From assembly GCA_904373255.1 (NCBI GenBank), contig CAJFFD010000006.1, positions 10,073 to 74,072 of the forward strand: a stretch of DNA of 64,000 nt, read 5' to 3'. A program made the position numbers and the translations under genes. Each line of letters starts with the position of its first letter. The first letter of the stretch is position 1. Below, one piece after another: positions 52,564 to 62,408 of the stretch. Source of the DNA: an uncultured Clostridia bacterium. GTDB lineage: Bacteria; Bacillota; Clostridia; Christensenellales; Borkfalkiaceae. The notes below the pieces were generated by a model. That model was not told the DNA's origin and did not search any database. It saw only the letters and a list, made by a program, of their open reading frames with translations.

Positions 52564-53562
52564 ATGAACAGATTCTGCCGCAAACTGAAAGTTCTTCTCC
52601 TGTACAGCGTTCTTGCCGTCGTGATCGCCGTCGGGTGTTTTGCTGCCTATCCCGCCCTTACGTCGCGGGCGGAACACGGCTCTGCCGGATACAGCGGCAT
52701 CCTGCGCGTATGGCAGATCGATTCGTTTGAAGGCGGCAGGGGCAGCCGCGCCTCCTTTTTGAACCGCGCGGCGCGCATTTTCGAGGAAAAAAACGAGGGG
52801 ACGCTCATCCTCGTTACGGCGCATTCCGTGCAGAGCGCTGCGAACGCCGTCGCCGAGGGAAACATCCCCGACATGGTGTCCTACGGAGTCGGCGCAGAGT
52901 TCGCGGGAGATATCGCCCTGCCGTTGGACGGCTACGATTTTTCGTATGCGCAGGTCGGCGGAAAAACGCACGCCTACCCCTGGTGCCGCGGCGGATATTT
53001 TTTATTTACGGCGGAGGGGGATTTTTCGGATGTTTCGGCGGAAAATACCGTCATTTCGCAGGGCGGCAGTCTGCCGGAAATTGCGGCATACTGCGCCGGC
53101 ATGACGGGCGATTTTGAGTTTGAAAGTTCCGTCAGTGCGTATGTGAGCCTGATCAACGGAAAGTACGAATATATGCTCGGCACGCAGAGGGACGTGTATC
53201 GCTTCACGACGCGTCAGTTTTCGTTTCGGGCGAAGCCGCTGGAGGGTTTTTCCGACCTGTGGCAATATATCTCTGTCTGCACGGACGATGCAAAAAAGTA
53301 TAATACATGCCTTGCTTTTTTGGATTGCCTCCTTTCCGATGAAGTGCAGGGTATGCTGCCGCAGATCGGCATGATGAGCGAGGAACGATCGGTGTACGAT
53401 TCTTCCGTTCCCGCAATGCAGGATGGTGAAGCTGCGCACCCGCTCCGCTCGGTCAATGCCTTCCTGTCCGCATCCTCGCTCGAAGATTTGCGTGCCAGTG
53501 CGCGGCTCGCTTTGAACGGAGACAAAATCGGCGCAAAAAACTTGGAAAATTATCTTCTATAG
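52564..53562 (+). CDS. Membrane-anchored protein resembling an extracellular solute-binding fold
   Basis: N-terminal hydrophobic segment; ILRVW, PDMVSYG and AFLDCLLSDEVQ resemble SBP family 1 patterns; no adjacent permease. Confidence 0.6.
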   Translation: MNRFCRKLKVLLLYSVLAVVIAVGCFAAYPALTSRAEHGSAGYSGILRVWQIDSFEGGRGSRASFLNRAARIFEEKNEGTLILVTAHSVQSAANAVAEGNIPDMVSYGVGAEFAGDIALPLDGYDFSYAQVGGKTHAYPWCRGGYFLFTAEGDFSDVSAENTVISQGGSLPEIAAYCAGMTGDFEFESSVSAYVSLINGKYEYMLGTQRDVYRFTTRQFSFRAKPLEGFSDLWQYISVCTDDAKKYNTCLAFLDCLLSDEVQGMLPQIGMMSEERSVYDSSVPAMQDGEAAHPLRSVNAFLSASSLEDLRASARLALNGDKIGAKNLENYLL

Positions 53563-53609
53563 AATTGTAAAAATCGGCATTTTGCTGTATAATATTGGAG
53601 AATAAGAAA

Positions 53610-54506
53610 GTGGACAGAATTTTTCAAACGCTTTTGTCGGATTTTTCCGGAATGCCGTATGCGGCGCCCTTTTCCTTTCAGAAAAATACGACTGTCCGGA
53701 TCGGAGGAGAGGCGCCCCTTGCGCTTTATCCCGAAAGCGCAGAGCGCATTTGCGCTCTTGTTTCGGCGCTTAACGCGCGCGGCGTTCCGTATCTTCTCCT
53801 CGGCCGCGGCTCGAACGTGCTTGCCTCCGATGCAGGGTTCGGCGGGGTCGTGGTGCATACGTCGCGAGCCACCGCCGTCCGTACGCGCGGAGCCGTTCTT
53901 ACGGCGGAATGCGGCGCGGGCGTGGAAAAAGTTTTGTCTGCCGCAAAGCGCAACGGGTTGGGCGGCATATCCTTTCTCTGCGGTATTCCCGCTTCGGTCG
54001 GCGGGGCGGTGTTTATGAATGCGGGCGTCCGTAGCGGCTATATCGGAGAGCGCATCATCTCCGTCGATGCCGTGCTCGGCGGTGAATTGCGCACTCTCCC
54101 GGCAAAGGAATGTTGCTTTTCTTACAAGCGCACCCGTTTTATGGAGGAGGAGTGCGCTATTGTGTCTGTGAAGCTGCGGCTGGAACGCCGTGCGCCGGCT
54201 GCAATCGGGGCGGAATACGCGGCGGCAAAAGCTGCGCGGGGCAGCCTCCCGAAGGGTTACAGCATGGGATGTGTTTTTAAAAACCCGAAAGGCTTTTCGG
54301 CTGGCGCGCTGCTGGAACGGGCGGGAATGAAGGGCGAAACGTGCGGCGGCGCCGCTGTTGCAGAGGAACACGCCAATTTTATTATAAACCGCGGCGGGGC
54401 GACAAGCGAAGATGTTTCCCGCCTCATCAAAAGAATGAAAGATGCCGTTTTATCCGAAACAGGCATAGTGCTTACGGAGGAAATACGGCGCATAGGAGAG
54501 TTTTGA
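53610..54506 (+). CDS. murB: UDP-N-acetylenolpyruvoylglucosamine reductase
   Basis: TTVRIGG, LGRGSNVL, GIPASVGGAVFMNAG, FKNP, HANFIIN. Confidence 0.95.
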   Translation: MDRIFQTLLSDFSGMPYAAPFSFQKNTTVRIGGEAPLALYPESAERICALVSALNARGVPYLLLGRGSNVLASDAGFGGVVVHTSRATAVRTRGAVLTAECGAGVEKVLSAAKRNGLGGISFLCGIPASVGGAVFMNAGVRSGYIGERIISVDAVLGGELRTLPAKECCFSYKRTRFMEEECAIVSVKLRLERRAPAAIGAEYAAAKAARGSLPKGYSMGCVFKNPKGFSAGALLERAGMKGETCGGAAVAEEHANFIINRGGATSEDVSRLIKRMKDAVLSETGIVLTEEIRRIGEF

Positions 54507-55301
54507 ATGTTGCTCACGGGCGATTACCATACGCATACCATATATAGTCACGGGGGCGGTATCCGGCACGGCAAAGGTACGGTGTTGCAGAACGTGCAAA
54601 AAGCGAAAGAGCTGGGCTTAAAGGAAATCGCCATTACAGACCATGGCTTCGAGCAAATGGCGTGGGGTCTGAAGCGCAAGGAATTCCCGCAGCTGATCAA
54701 AGATTGCCGCGCGGCGGCGGAGCGCACCGGGATTAACGTATATGTCGGCATGGAGGCAAACCTTTGCGACGAGAACGGACGAACGGATATGCTCGAATCG
54801 GATTATCCCGATTTCGACATATTTTTAATGGGGATTCACCGCTTCGTAAAGTTCTCTGCCTTCCGCGATCTGTGGAATTTGTTGATCCGCAATTCAATTC
54901 ATATGGTCTTGAAAAACCATGTTCCCGAAAGCCTTATCCGCTTCAACACGCAGGCGCTCATCCGCAGTATCGAAAAAAATCCGATCGACATTATCACGCA
55001 CCTGAATTTTCAGAGTTTCTGCGATGTCGTCGAGGTGGCAAAGGCGGCTCGCGATTACGGAACATATATCGAACTCAATTCCAAAAAGGTGCATCTGTCG
55101 GATGAGCAGCTCATGAAAGTCTGCGATACAGGCGTCCGCTTCGTCATCGATTCAGACGCGCATTCGCCCGAGCGGGTGGGGGATACGAAACTCGTGGAGG
55201 ACATGCTCTCCCGCGTAGAATTTCCGTTTGACCGCATCGACAACATTGACGGCAGGTACCCGCATTTCCGATTCAAAGAATATAAAGAGAAACATCTGTG
55301 A
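54507..55301 (+). CDS. PHP-domain phosphatase
   Basis: DYHTHT, ITDHG, SDAH. Confidence 0.9.
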   Translation: MLLTGDYHTHTIYSHGGGIRHGKGTVLQNVQKAKELGLKEIAITDHGFEQMAWGLKRKEFPQLIKDCRAAAERTGINVYVGMEANLCDENGRTDMLESDYPDFDIFLMGIHRFVKFSAFRDLWNLLIRNSIHMVLKNHVPESLIRFNTQALIRSIEKNPIDIITHLNFQSFCDVVEVAKAARDYGTYIELNSKKVHLSDEQLMKVCDTGVRFVIDSDAHSPERVGDTKLVEDMLSRVEFPFDRIDNIDGRYPHFRFKEYKEKHL

Positions 55302-56263
55302 AATACGCAAGCCAAAATTTTACCGGAGAGATCAAAAGAGAGATCATGAAGGCGGGGTTCGAAAACGCTTGTTGCAAGACGGCGGCGCTCTCCGCGTTTT
55401 TGCGTGCCACGGGCAGCATTATCCGCAGCGGGCAGCAAATCGGCTTCGAATTCATAACCGAAAGCGAGTCCGTTGCGGCATTTTTTATCGATCTGCTTGA
55501 AGATCTGTACGGGGCAGAACTTAAAATCGTGCAGGCGTCTACGGACAACCGCAACGGAAAGGACAGGCTTGCTTTTCAGTGTTTGTCGGATAAGTCCCTG
55601 TACATTTTGTCGCAGCTCGGTATTGTGGAGCGGAACGGGAATTCCGTTTCCCTGAAATTGGAGATGGATCGCTATCTCGTCGAAAACGACTGCTGCAAAC
55701 TCGCCTATATCAAAGGTGCGTTCCTGGGCAGCGGAAGCTGTATGCTTCCGAAACTGGATGACGCCCGCTCGGGTTATCACCTTGAGGTCGTGTTTTTCAA
55801 TAAGTTGCTGGCAGACGGGTACTGTGAATTGTTGGCGGAGTGCGAGATACTTGCCAAGAGCGTGGAGAGAAAAAATTCGCGGGTGGTGTATCTGAAGAGC
55901 CGCGAGAGCATTTCCGATTTCCTTGCGTTGGTCGGGGCGGAAGGCGCTTTGAAAAAACTGGCGCAGCTTGCGGACAGAAAGGATGAGCGGAACCAGCTGA
56001 ACCGCGTGGCAAACTGCATGCAGATGAATTTCGATAAAAGCGTCGTCGCCTCGGTCAGGCAAATCCGTGCAATCGAAACAATCGAAAGTACGGTCGGCAT
56101 GGAGGGGTTGGAACCTTCTTTGCGGGAAACGGCGCAGGCTCGGCTGGCGGATAAGGAAGCATCGCTGAAAGAATTGGCAGAGAGGATGGGGGTTTCCAAA
56201 AGCTGTCTGAACCATCGGCTGCGAAAGCTGCTGAAAATTGCGGAAAATTTAGAAGGGGAGTAA
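55298..56263 (+). CDS. whiA: DNA-binding protein WhiA
   Basis: YIKGAFLGSGS, YHLE, VYLKSRESISDFL, NRVANC, SKSCLNHRLRK. Confidence 0.95.
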   Translation: MKYASQNFTGEIKREIMKAGFENACCKTAALSAFLRATGSIIRSGQQIGFEFITESESVAAFFIDLLEDLYGAELKIVQASTDNRNGKDRLAFQCLSDKSLYILSQLGIVERNGNSVSLKLEMDRYLVENDCCKLAYIKGAFLGSGSCMLPKLDDARSGYHLEVVFFNKLLADGYCELLAECEILAKSVERKNSRVVYLKSRESISDFLALVGAEGALKKLAQLADRKDERNQLNRVANCMQMNFDKSVVASVRQIRAIETIESTVGMEGLEPSLRETAQARLADKEASLKELAERMGVSKSCLNHRLRKLLKIAENLEGE

Positions 56264-56267
56264 AGTC

Positions 56268-56519
56268 ATGGAAAAATCGACCTTTATCTATAATAAAGAC
56301 ACATACAATGCATATGACGCGCAGAGGATCGTTTTTGAAGCGTGCAAATATAAAAGCGAAATTATCTTTGCGGACGGAAACAAACGGGGCAACGCAAAGA
56401 GCATTATCGGTCTGCTGTCTATGAAATTTCTGAAGGGGGATGAGTATACCCTGATGGCGGAAGGCCCGGATGCGAAGAAAGCGGTAAAGGCTTTGGCTGA
56501 ATTTATCGCCAAATTATAA
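56268..56519 (+). CDS. HPr-family protein lacking the His15 equivalent (Crh-like)
   Basis: NAKSIIGLLSM (Ser46 motif) retained; GLHARP region replaced by TYNAYD. Confidence 0.85.
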   Translation: MEKSTFIYNKDTYNAYDAQRIVFEACKYKSEIIFADGNKRGNAKSIIGLLSMKFLKGDEYTLMAEGPDAKKAVKALAEFIAKL

Positions 56520-56541
56520 AGAAACACACGGCGGGAAACAC

Positions 56542-59500
56542 ATGGCGGATTTCGTACATTTACATCTACATACCGAATATAGTTTGCTCGACGGCGCCTG
56601 CAAGGTGGACGATCTGGTCGATCATTGCGTCAAAAACAACATCAAGGCGTGCGCAATCACCGACCACGGCAATATGTATGCGACGCTGTACTTTGCAGAA
56701 CTTTGCAAAAAAAACAAAATACAGGCGATCATCGGCTGCGAACTGTACATGACGCAGGACATGCACGTCAAGGACGGCAGCGGCGATTTCGAGCATCTCA
56801 TTCTGCTGGCGAAAAATAAAACGGGATATAAAAATCTCGTCAAGCTCGACTCCGCCGCGTTCGTCGACGGGTTTTATTATAAGCCGCGCATCGACTACAA
56901 ACTCTTGCGCGAGCACAGCGAAGGGCTCGTGTGTCTTTCTGCATGCCTTGCGGGGCGCATCCCCAAACTTTTGCTGCGCGGCGATTACGAGGGTGCCAAA
57001 AAGACGGCGCTTGAACTTAAAGAGATCTTCGGCGCGGATTTTTATATTGAGATACAGGATCACGGTCTGGAGGAGCAGAGGCGCATCCTGCCGCTCCTGT
57101 TGCAGCTGGCAAAGGAGTTGGATATTCAGCCGGTCGCCACGAACGACGTGCATTATATCAATAAAGAGGATTGGGAGATGCAGGATGTACTCATGTGCAT
57201 CCAGATGAAAAAGACCATCGACGATCCCAAGCGAATGAAGTTTGAAACGCACGAGTTCTATATGAAATCGGCGGACGAAATGGCGGAGTTATTCTCGTAT
57301 GTTCCCGAGGCGATCTCCAATACCCTCGTCATTGCAGAAAAGTGTGCCGAAGAGCCCTGCTTCGACTTAAAGGACAACGGCGATCCGATCAAGGATAAGT
57401 CGCTCATTCCCGGTTATACCCCCGAGGACGGTTCCGACCCGAAAGATTACCTGACCAAACTTACCTGGGAGGGACTCGAGCGCCGCTACGGCGAAATCAC
57501 CGAGGCGGTAAAAAAGCGCGCCGACTACGAGCTCGGCATTATCCTCGGCATGGGATTTGCGGAATACTACCTCATCGTCATGGACTTTATCCAGTGGTCA
57601 AAAAAGAGGGGAATCCCCGTCGGCCCCGGGCGCGGCAGCGGCGCTGCGAGTATCGTCGCCTACGCCATCGGCATCACGGACATCGACCCCCTCAAGTACG
57701 ACCTGTTCTTCGAGCGATTCCTGAACCCCGACCGCGTTACGATGCCGGACTTCGACGTCGACTTCTGTAACGAACGCCGCCCCGAAACCATCGAATATGT
57801 GCGGCAGAAATACCATCCCGAAAACGTCGCACAGATCGTTACATTCGGTACTCTGGCGTCGAAAGCGGCGATTAAAGACGTTGGCAGAGTACTGCGCGTG
57901 CCATATTCCGAAACAGACCGCGTTACGAAGATCATGGACGGCAAGTCCACGATCTCCGAACTTTTGGGCAGAAAGATACAGGGGTTAAAAGAGAAGCTCA
58001 ACGATCCGAACCTTTCCGAGGAAAAACGCGAGGATGTGCGCAAAAACCTCGACGAGCAGGAAAAGAAGCGGAACAACGAATTTATCGAGCTGTACGAGAC
58101 GGACGAGCAGCTGCACCGCGTCATCGACATGGCGCTCAAATTGGAGGGCATGCCGCGCAATACTTCCATGCATGCGGCGGGCGTCGTCATCTGTCGCAAG
58201 CCGATCGCGGAAGCGGTGCCGCTCTCGCGAAACGGCGAGGACATCACCACCCAGTTCGATATGAAAGAGGTTGAGTCGATCGGCATGCTCAAGATGGACT
58301 TCCTTGCCCTGACGACCCTCACCGATATAAAAAAGGCGTGCGACTATATCCTCGAAGACACGGGTACCGTCATCGACTGGGACAAGATCGGATACGAAAA
58401 CAAGGAGGCGTACGGACTGATTTCCGAAGGGGATACCGACGCCGTGTTCCAGCTCGAACAAGGGGGCATGAAGAGGTTCATGAAGGATCTCAAGCCCGAC
58501 TGTCTGGAAGACATTATCGCGGGCGTTGCGCTCTATCGCCCGGGGCCTATGGCGTATATTCCGACCTATATCGAAAACAAACTTAACCCGTCCAAGGTTA
58601 AATATGATACCCCGCTGCTGGAACATATATTAAAAGTCACCTACGGCGTTATCATCTATCAGGAACAGGTCATGCAGATCTTCCAGGATCTTGCGGGGTT
58701 CTCTCTCGGGCAGGCAGACCTCGTCCGCCGCGCGATGGGCAAGAAAAACAAGGCGGAGCTGATGGCGCAGAAGGATAAGTTTATCTTCGGCAACATCGAG
58801 CAGGGCGGAAACATCGAGGGGGCAGTCGCCCGCGGCGTACCGAAGGAAGTAGCCGAAAAGATATTCGGCGATATGGAGAGTTTTGCGAGCTATGCCTTCA
58901 ATAAAGCGCACGCGACCTGCTACGCGGTTCTCGCATACCGCACGGCATATCTGAAGAGATTTTATCCCAAAGAGTTCCTCGCGGCGATCTTGAACAACCG
59001 CATCGAAAAAATCGACGAGGTTTCCAAATACATCGTCTATCTGAAGGAGAAAAATTTCCTTGTCCTGCAGCCGGACGTCAACAAGAGCAAGACCTATTTT
59101 TCGGTGCAGGGCGAGGGTGTGCGCTTCGGTTTGAGTGCGCTTAAGGGTGTCGGCGTCGGGGCGACGCAGTCGATCATCGACGAGCGCGAGGAGCACGGCG
59201 AGTTTAAAAGTTTCCCCGATTTCGTATTCCGCTGCGCGCCGTTTCTGAATAAGCGCATGCTCGAAGGTTTGATCTGCGCGGGTGCTTTCGATTGTTTCGG
59301 CGTGAACCGCGCCCAGCTTCTGGCTGTGTACGACAGCGTTCTCGATCGCGCAAACAAAATCGCCAAACAAAAGCAAAGCATGCAGATGAGTCTGTTCGGC
59401 GACCTGATCGAAGAAGACGTCGAGGATATTAAATATCCCGACATATCGGAACTGGAAATGAGCGAAAAGCTATCCCGGGAGAAACAGGTGCTTGGCGTCT

Positions 59501-60156
59501 ACGTCAGCGGGCACCCGTTCGAAAAATACGCCTCCTCCTTCAAAGATTGTTCGTTCAATTGCCTGATGATGCAAAATTATGAGGAAGACGAAGAAGGTCG
59601 CAGGACGTACCCCGATCTTACGGACGGCGCTACGGTCACGATGGGCGGCATTATTGGTTCGTATAAGCGCATCAATACGCGTTCCGGTTCGACGATGGCG
59701 TTCATTTCGGTGGAAGATTTATACGGTTCAATCGAATGCGTGGCATTCCCGAACGTGTACGACCGGATCAAAGGGATTGTATCCGCCGATAAAATCGTCC
59801 GCCTTACGGGAAAATTGCAGCTTGACGAGGAAAAGGCGCCTGTCATTATTCTGGATAAAATGCAGGAGTATTCCGAAACGGGCACTTCCGTTGAAGCGGG
59901 TGCGGGCGTCGGGCATGCCGCTTCGCAGCAGACCCGCAAACCGACCGAACATGCGCTGTGGCTGAATGCCAGCGCCCTTACCGAAGAAGAATTTGACGAT
60001 TTTACCGCACTTTTTTCGCATTATATGAACGGGCGGACGACGGTAAAGATCAAGCGCGGAGAAAAGCTGTTCCGCATGAACAATGTCAACGACTGCCGAG
60101 GTTTGCGGGATGAATTATATCTTTATTTGGAAGATTCTGATATAGTGCAGGTATAA
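56542..60156 (+). CDS. dnaE: DNA polymerase III alpha subunit
   Basis: FVHLHLHTEYSLLDG, GPGRGSGAAS, MPDFDVDF, YAFNKAH. Confidence 0.98.
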   Translation: MADFVHLHLHTEYSLLDGACKVDDLVDHCVKNNIKACAITDHGNMYATLYFAELCKKNKIQAIIGCELYMTQDMHVKDGSGDFEHLILLAKNKTGYKNLVKLDSAAFVDGFYYKPRIDYKLLREHSEGLVCLSACLAGRIPKLLLRGDYEGAKKTALELKEIFGADFYIEIQDHGLEEQRRILPLLLQLAKELDIQPVATNDVHYINKEDWEMQDVLMCIQMKKTIDDPKRMKFETHEFYMKSADEMAELFSYVPEAISNTLVIAEKCAEEPCFDLKDNGDPIKDKSLIPGYTPEDGSDPKDYLTKLTWEGLERRYGEITEAVKKRADYELGIILGMGFAEYYLIVMDFIQWSKKRGIPVGPGRGSGAASIVAYAIGITDIDPLKYDLFFERFLNPDRVTMPDFDVDFCNERRPETIEYVRQKYHPENVAQIVTFGTLASKAAIKDVGRVLRVPYSETDRVTKIMDGKSTISELLGRKIQGLKEKLNDPNLSEEKREDVRKNLDEQEKKRNNEFIELYETDEQLHRVIDMALKLEGMPRNTSMHAAGVVICRKPIAEAVPLSRNGEDITTQFDMKEVESIGMLKMDFLALTTLTDIKKACDYILEDTGTVIDWDKIGYENKEAYGLISEGDTDAVFQLEQGGMKRFMKDLKPDCLEDIIAGVALYRPGPMAYIPTYIENKLNPSKVKYDTPLLEHILKVTYGVIIYQEQVMQIFQDLAGFSLGQADLVRRAMGKKNKAELMAQKDKFIFGNIEQGGNIEGAVARGVPKEVAEKIFGDMESFASYAFNKAHATCYAVLAYRTAYLKRFYPKEFLAAILNNRIEKIDEVSKYIVYLKEKNFLVLQPDVNKSKTYFSVQGEGVRFGLSALKGVGVGATQSIIDEREEHGEFKSFPDFVFRCAPFLNKRMLEGLICAGAFDCFGVNRAQLLAVYDSVLDRANKIAKQKQSMQMSLFGDLIEEDVEDIKYPDISELEMSEKLSREKQVLGVYVSGHPFEKYASSFKDCSFNCLMMQNYEEDEEGRRTYPDLTDGATVTMGGIIGSYKRINTRSGSTMAFISVEDLYGSIECVAFPNVYDRIKGIVSADKIVRLTGKLQLDEEKAPVIILDKMQEYSETGTSVEAGAGVGHAASQQTRKPTEHALWLNASALTEEEFDDFTALFSHYMNGRTTVKIKRGEKLFRMNNVNDCRGLRDELYLYLEDSDIVQV

Positions 60157-60310
60157 AAATCATAAAAAGATACAAAAAATGTTCAATCTTTCTATTTTTG
60201 CGGGCCGTCTGCGGCAAGTGTATCTTTTTCTTTCAATTTTGTACGATATTTGCTATAATAAATGGGAAGTTAACGATTTGTTTAAACGATAGGCTTATCG
60301 GAGGTTCACA

Positions 60311-61273
60311 ATGAAGAGAATCGGCGTTTTAACGAGCGGCGGCGATGCGCCCGGCATGAATGCCTGTATCCGTGCGGTTGTGCGTACGGCAAAGTATTTC
60401 GGAATGGAGATCTATGGAATCAGGCAGGGTTATTCCGGGCTGATTTCGGACGATATGGTTCCTATGGAAATGCGCAGTGTTTCCGATATCGTGCAGCGCG
60501 GCGGCACCATGCTTCGGACGGCGCGCTGCGTCGAAATGTACACCGTCGAAGGGCAGAAGCAGGCGGTAGACACGCTGAACAAGCACGGCATCGAGGGGCT
60601 TGTCGTCATCGGCGGCGACGGTTCGTTCAAAGGGGCGAAATGCCTCAGCGACGAGTACGGCATTCCCACGATCGGCATTCCCGGCACGATCGACAACGAC
60701 CTCGAATATACCGATTACACGCTCGGCTTCGATACCGCCGTGAACACCTGTCTCGACATCATCAATAAGCTGCGCGACACGATGACCTCGCACGAGCGCA
60801 TCAGCGTCGTGGAAGTCATGGGGCGTCGCTGCGGCGATATTGCTCTGTATTCGGGTATTGCGAGCGGCGCGGAGATCATTATTGTTCCCGAAATCGCCTA
60901 TGATATGGAGGACGTGGTGCGCCGCATCAACCGCAGCCGTGCGAACGGGAAGCATTCCAATATTATCGTCCTTGCGGAAGGTGTTTCTACGGCAGACGAA
61001 TTTTCCAAGCGTTTGCAGGCGATGACGACCTATTCCGTGCGCGGCACGACGATCGGGCATGTCCAGCGCGGCGGATCGCCGTCCATGGCGGACAGAATGC
61101 TGGCGGCGCAGTTCGGCAACAAGGCGGTGCGTCTTTTGAAGGACGGTATCGGTAACCGCGTCGTCGGTATCCATAAAAATGAGATCATCGATATGGACAT
61201 CATCGAAGCGGTCAGCATGAAGAAAAAATTCAATTACGAGCTGTATGAAACATTGCAAATGATTTCCATGTAA
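60311..61273 (+). CDS. pfkA: ATP-dependent 6-phosphofructokinase
   Basis: TSGGDAPGMNA, GGDGSF, PGTIDND, EVMGR. Confidence 0.98.
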   Translation: MKRIGVLTSGGDAPGMNACIRAVVRTAKYFGMEIYGIRQGYSGLISDDMVPMEMRSVSDIVQRGGTMLRTARCVEMYTVEGQKQAVDTLNKHGIEGLVVIGGDGSFKGAKCLSDEYGIPTIGIPGTIDNDLEYTDYTLGFDTAVNTCLDIINKLRDTMTSHERISVVEVMGRRCGDIALYSGIASGAEIIIVPEIAYDMEDVVRRINRSRANGKHSNIIVLAEGVSTADEFSKRLQAMTTYSVRGTTIGHVQRGGSPSMADRMLAAQFGNKAVRLLKDGIGNRVVGIHKNEIIDMDIIEAVSMKKKFNYELYETLQMISM

Positions 61274-61353
61274 GACAATATATTGCCGTCGCGAAAAGCG
61301 GCGGTTTTTTTATAAAAAGTTATAAAAAATTACAAAAAATTTCAAATTATATC

Positions 61354-61382
61354 TTGAAATTGCGAGGATTCTATATTATAAT
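61354..61382 (+). promoter_or_regulatory. Sigma-A promoter of the pfkB-family gene
   Basis: TTGAAA-17 nt-TATAAT. Confidence 0.7.
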
Positions 61383-61479
61383 ATATTAGATAAGAGCGGT
61401 TTGTTTATTGTTCCGCTCGCCCGGGTATTGTGTGATACGCTCGGGAAAGCACAATTCACGCTAATTATGGAGATCTAAA

Positions 61480-62403
61480 ATGATTCTGACGGTTTGTTTG
61501 AATCCTTGTACAGACGTAACGATCGAAGTCGATTCTTTAAACATCGGCAAACTGAATCATGTAAAGAATAAAACGCTCAGCTTTACGGGCGCGGCGCTCA
61601 ATGTCGCGATCGGTGTATCCAGGCTTAAAGGGAAGAGCTACGCGACCGGGTTTATGTATAACGAAAACGGTTCGCTCTTTGAACAGGCTCTGGATCGCGA
61701 AGGCGTGCCGAGCGTCTTTATCTGGAACAAGGGTCGCGTCCGTGAGAATTATAAGTTCATTGACAACAAATCCATGCTGACGGAAGTCAACGATGTGGGC
61801 GAATGTATCAATGAAAACAAACAGGCAGAATTGGTTGAACTGGTTTCCAATTTATCCAAAACGAGCGATGTGATGATCATTTCGGGAAGCCTGCCGCAAG
61901 GTGTGGAAAGCGACTATTATACAAAACTTTTCAGCGTGGCGGCGCCGCAGACCCTGAAAATTGCGGATACGGAAGGAGCGAAGCTGCTTGCTGCACTAAA
62001 AACCGGTCTCGATTTGGTAAAACCGAACAAAGATGAGTTGCAAAATACATTGCAGCAGGAGTTCAAAACGCGCGAGGATTTGCTGAAAGGCTGCTATTCC
62101 CTTTTGGATAAAGGAGCAAAGCGGGTTCTTCTGTCTTTGGGCAAGCGCGGAGCGATCATTACAGACGGTACGAAAAATTATTATTGCAAAAGTATCAACG
62201 TTGCAATCAATTCCACACTCGGCGCAGGTGACGGCATGGTCGCAGCCGCGGCGATGCGGATGGAACAGGGCGCGCCGCTGGACGAAATCTTGCGCGCCGG
62301 GGTCGCCGCCGGAACGGCGACGGTTACCACCTTCGGGCAGATTTCGTTTACGAAGGAAAAATTTGACGAAATATATGCCAATATCAAGGTAGAGGAGTTT
62401 TAA
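61480..62403 (+). CDS. 1-phosphofructokinase family (PfkB) hexose kinase
   Basis: MILTVCLNP, SGSLP, VKPNxxEL, STLGAGDGMVA. Confidence 0.92.
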   Translation: MILTVCLNPCTDVTIEVDSLNIGKLNHVKNKTLSFTGAALNVAIGVSRLKGKSYATGFMYNENGSLFEQALDREGVPSVFIWNKGRVRENYKFIDNKSMLTEVNDVGECINENKQAELVELVSNLSKTSDVMIISGSLPQGVESDYYTKLFSVAAPQTLKIADTEGAKLLAALKTGLDLVKPNKDELQNTLQQEFKTREDLLKGCYSLLDKGAKRVLLSLGKRGAIITDGTKNYYCKSINVAINSTLGAGDGMVAAAAMRMEQGAPLDEILRAGVAAGTATVTTFGQISFTKEKFDEIYANIKVEEF

Positions 62404-62408
62404 TTCGT

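Noticed and set aside
57960-58085. Charged insertion in DnaE as a possible intein
   Set aside because: Only about 30 aa, with no Cys/Ser start or His-Asn end; looks like a helical insert
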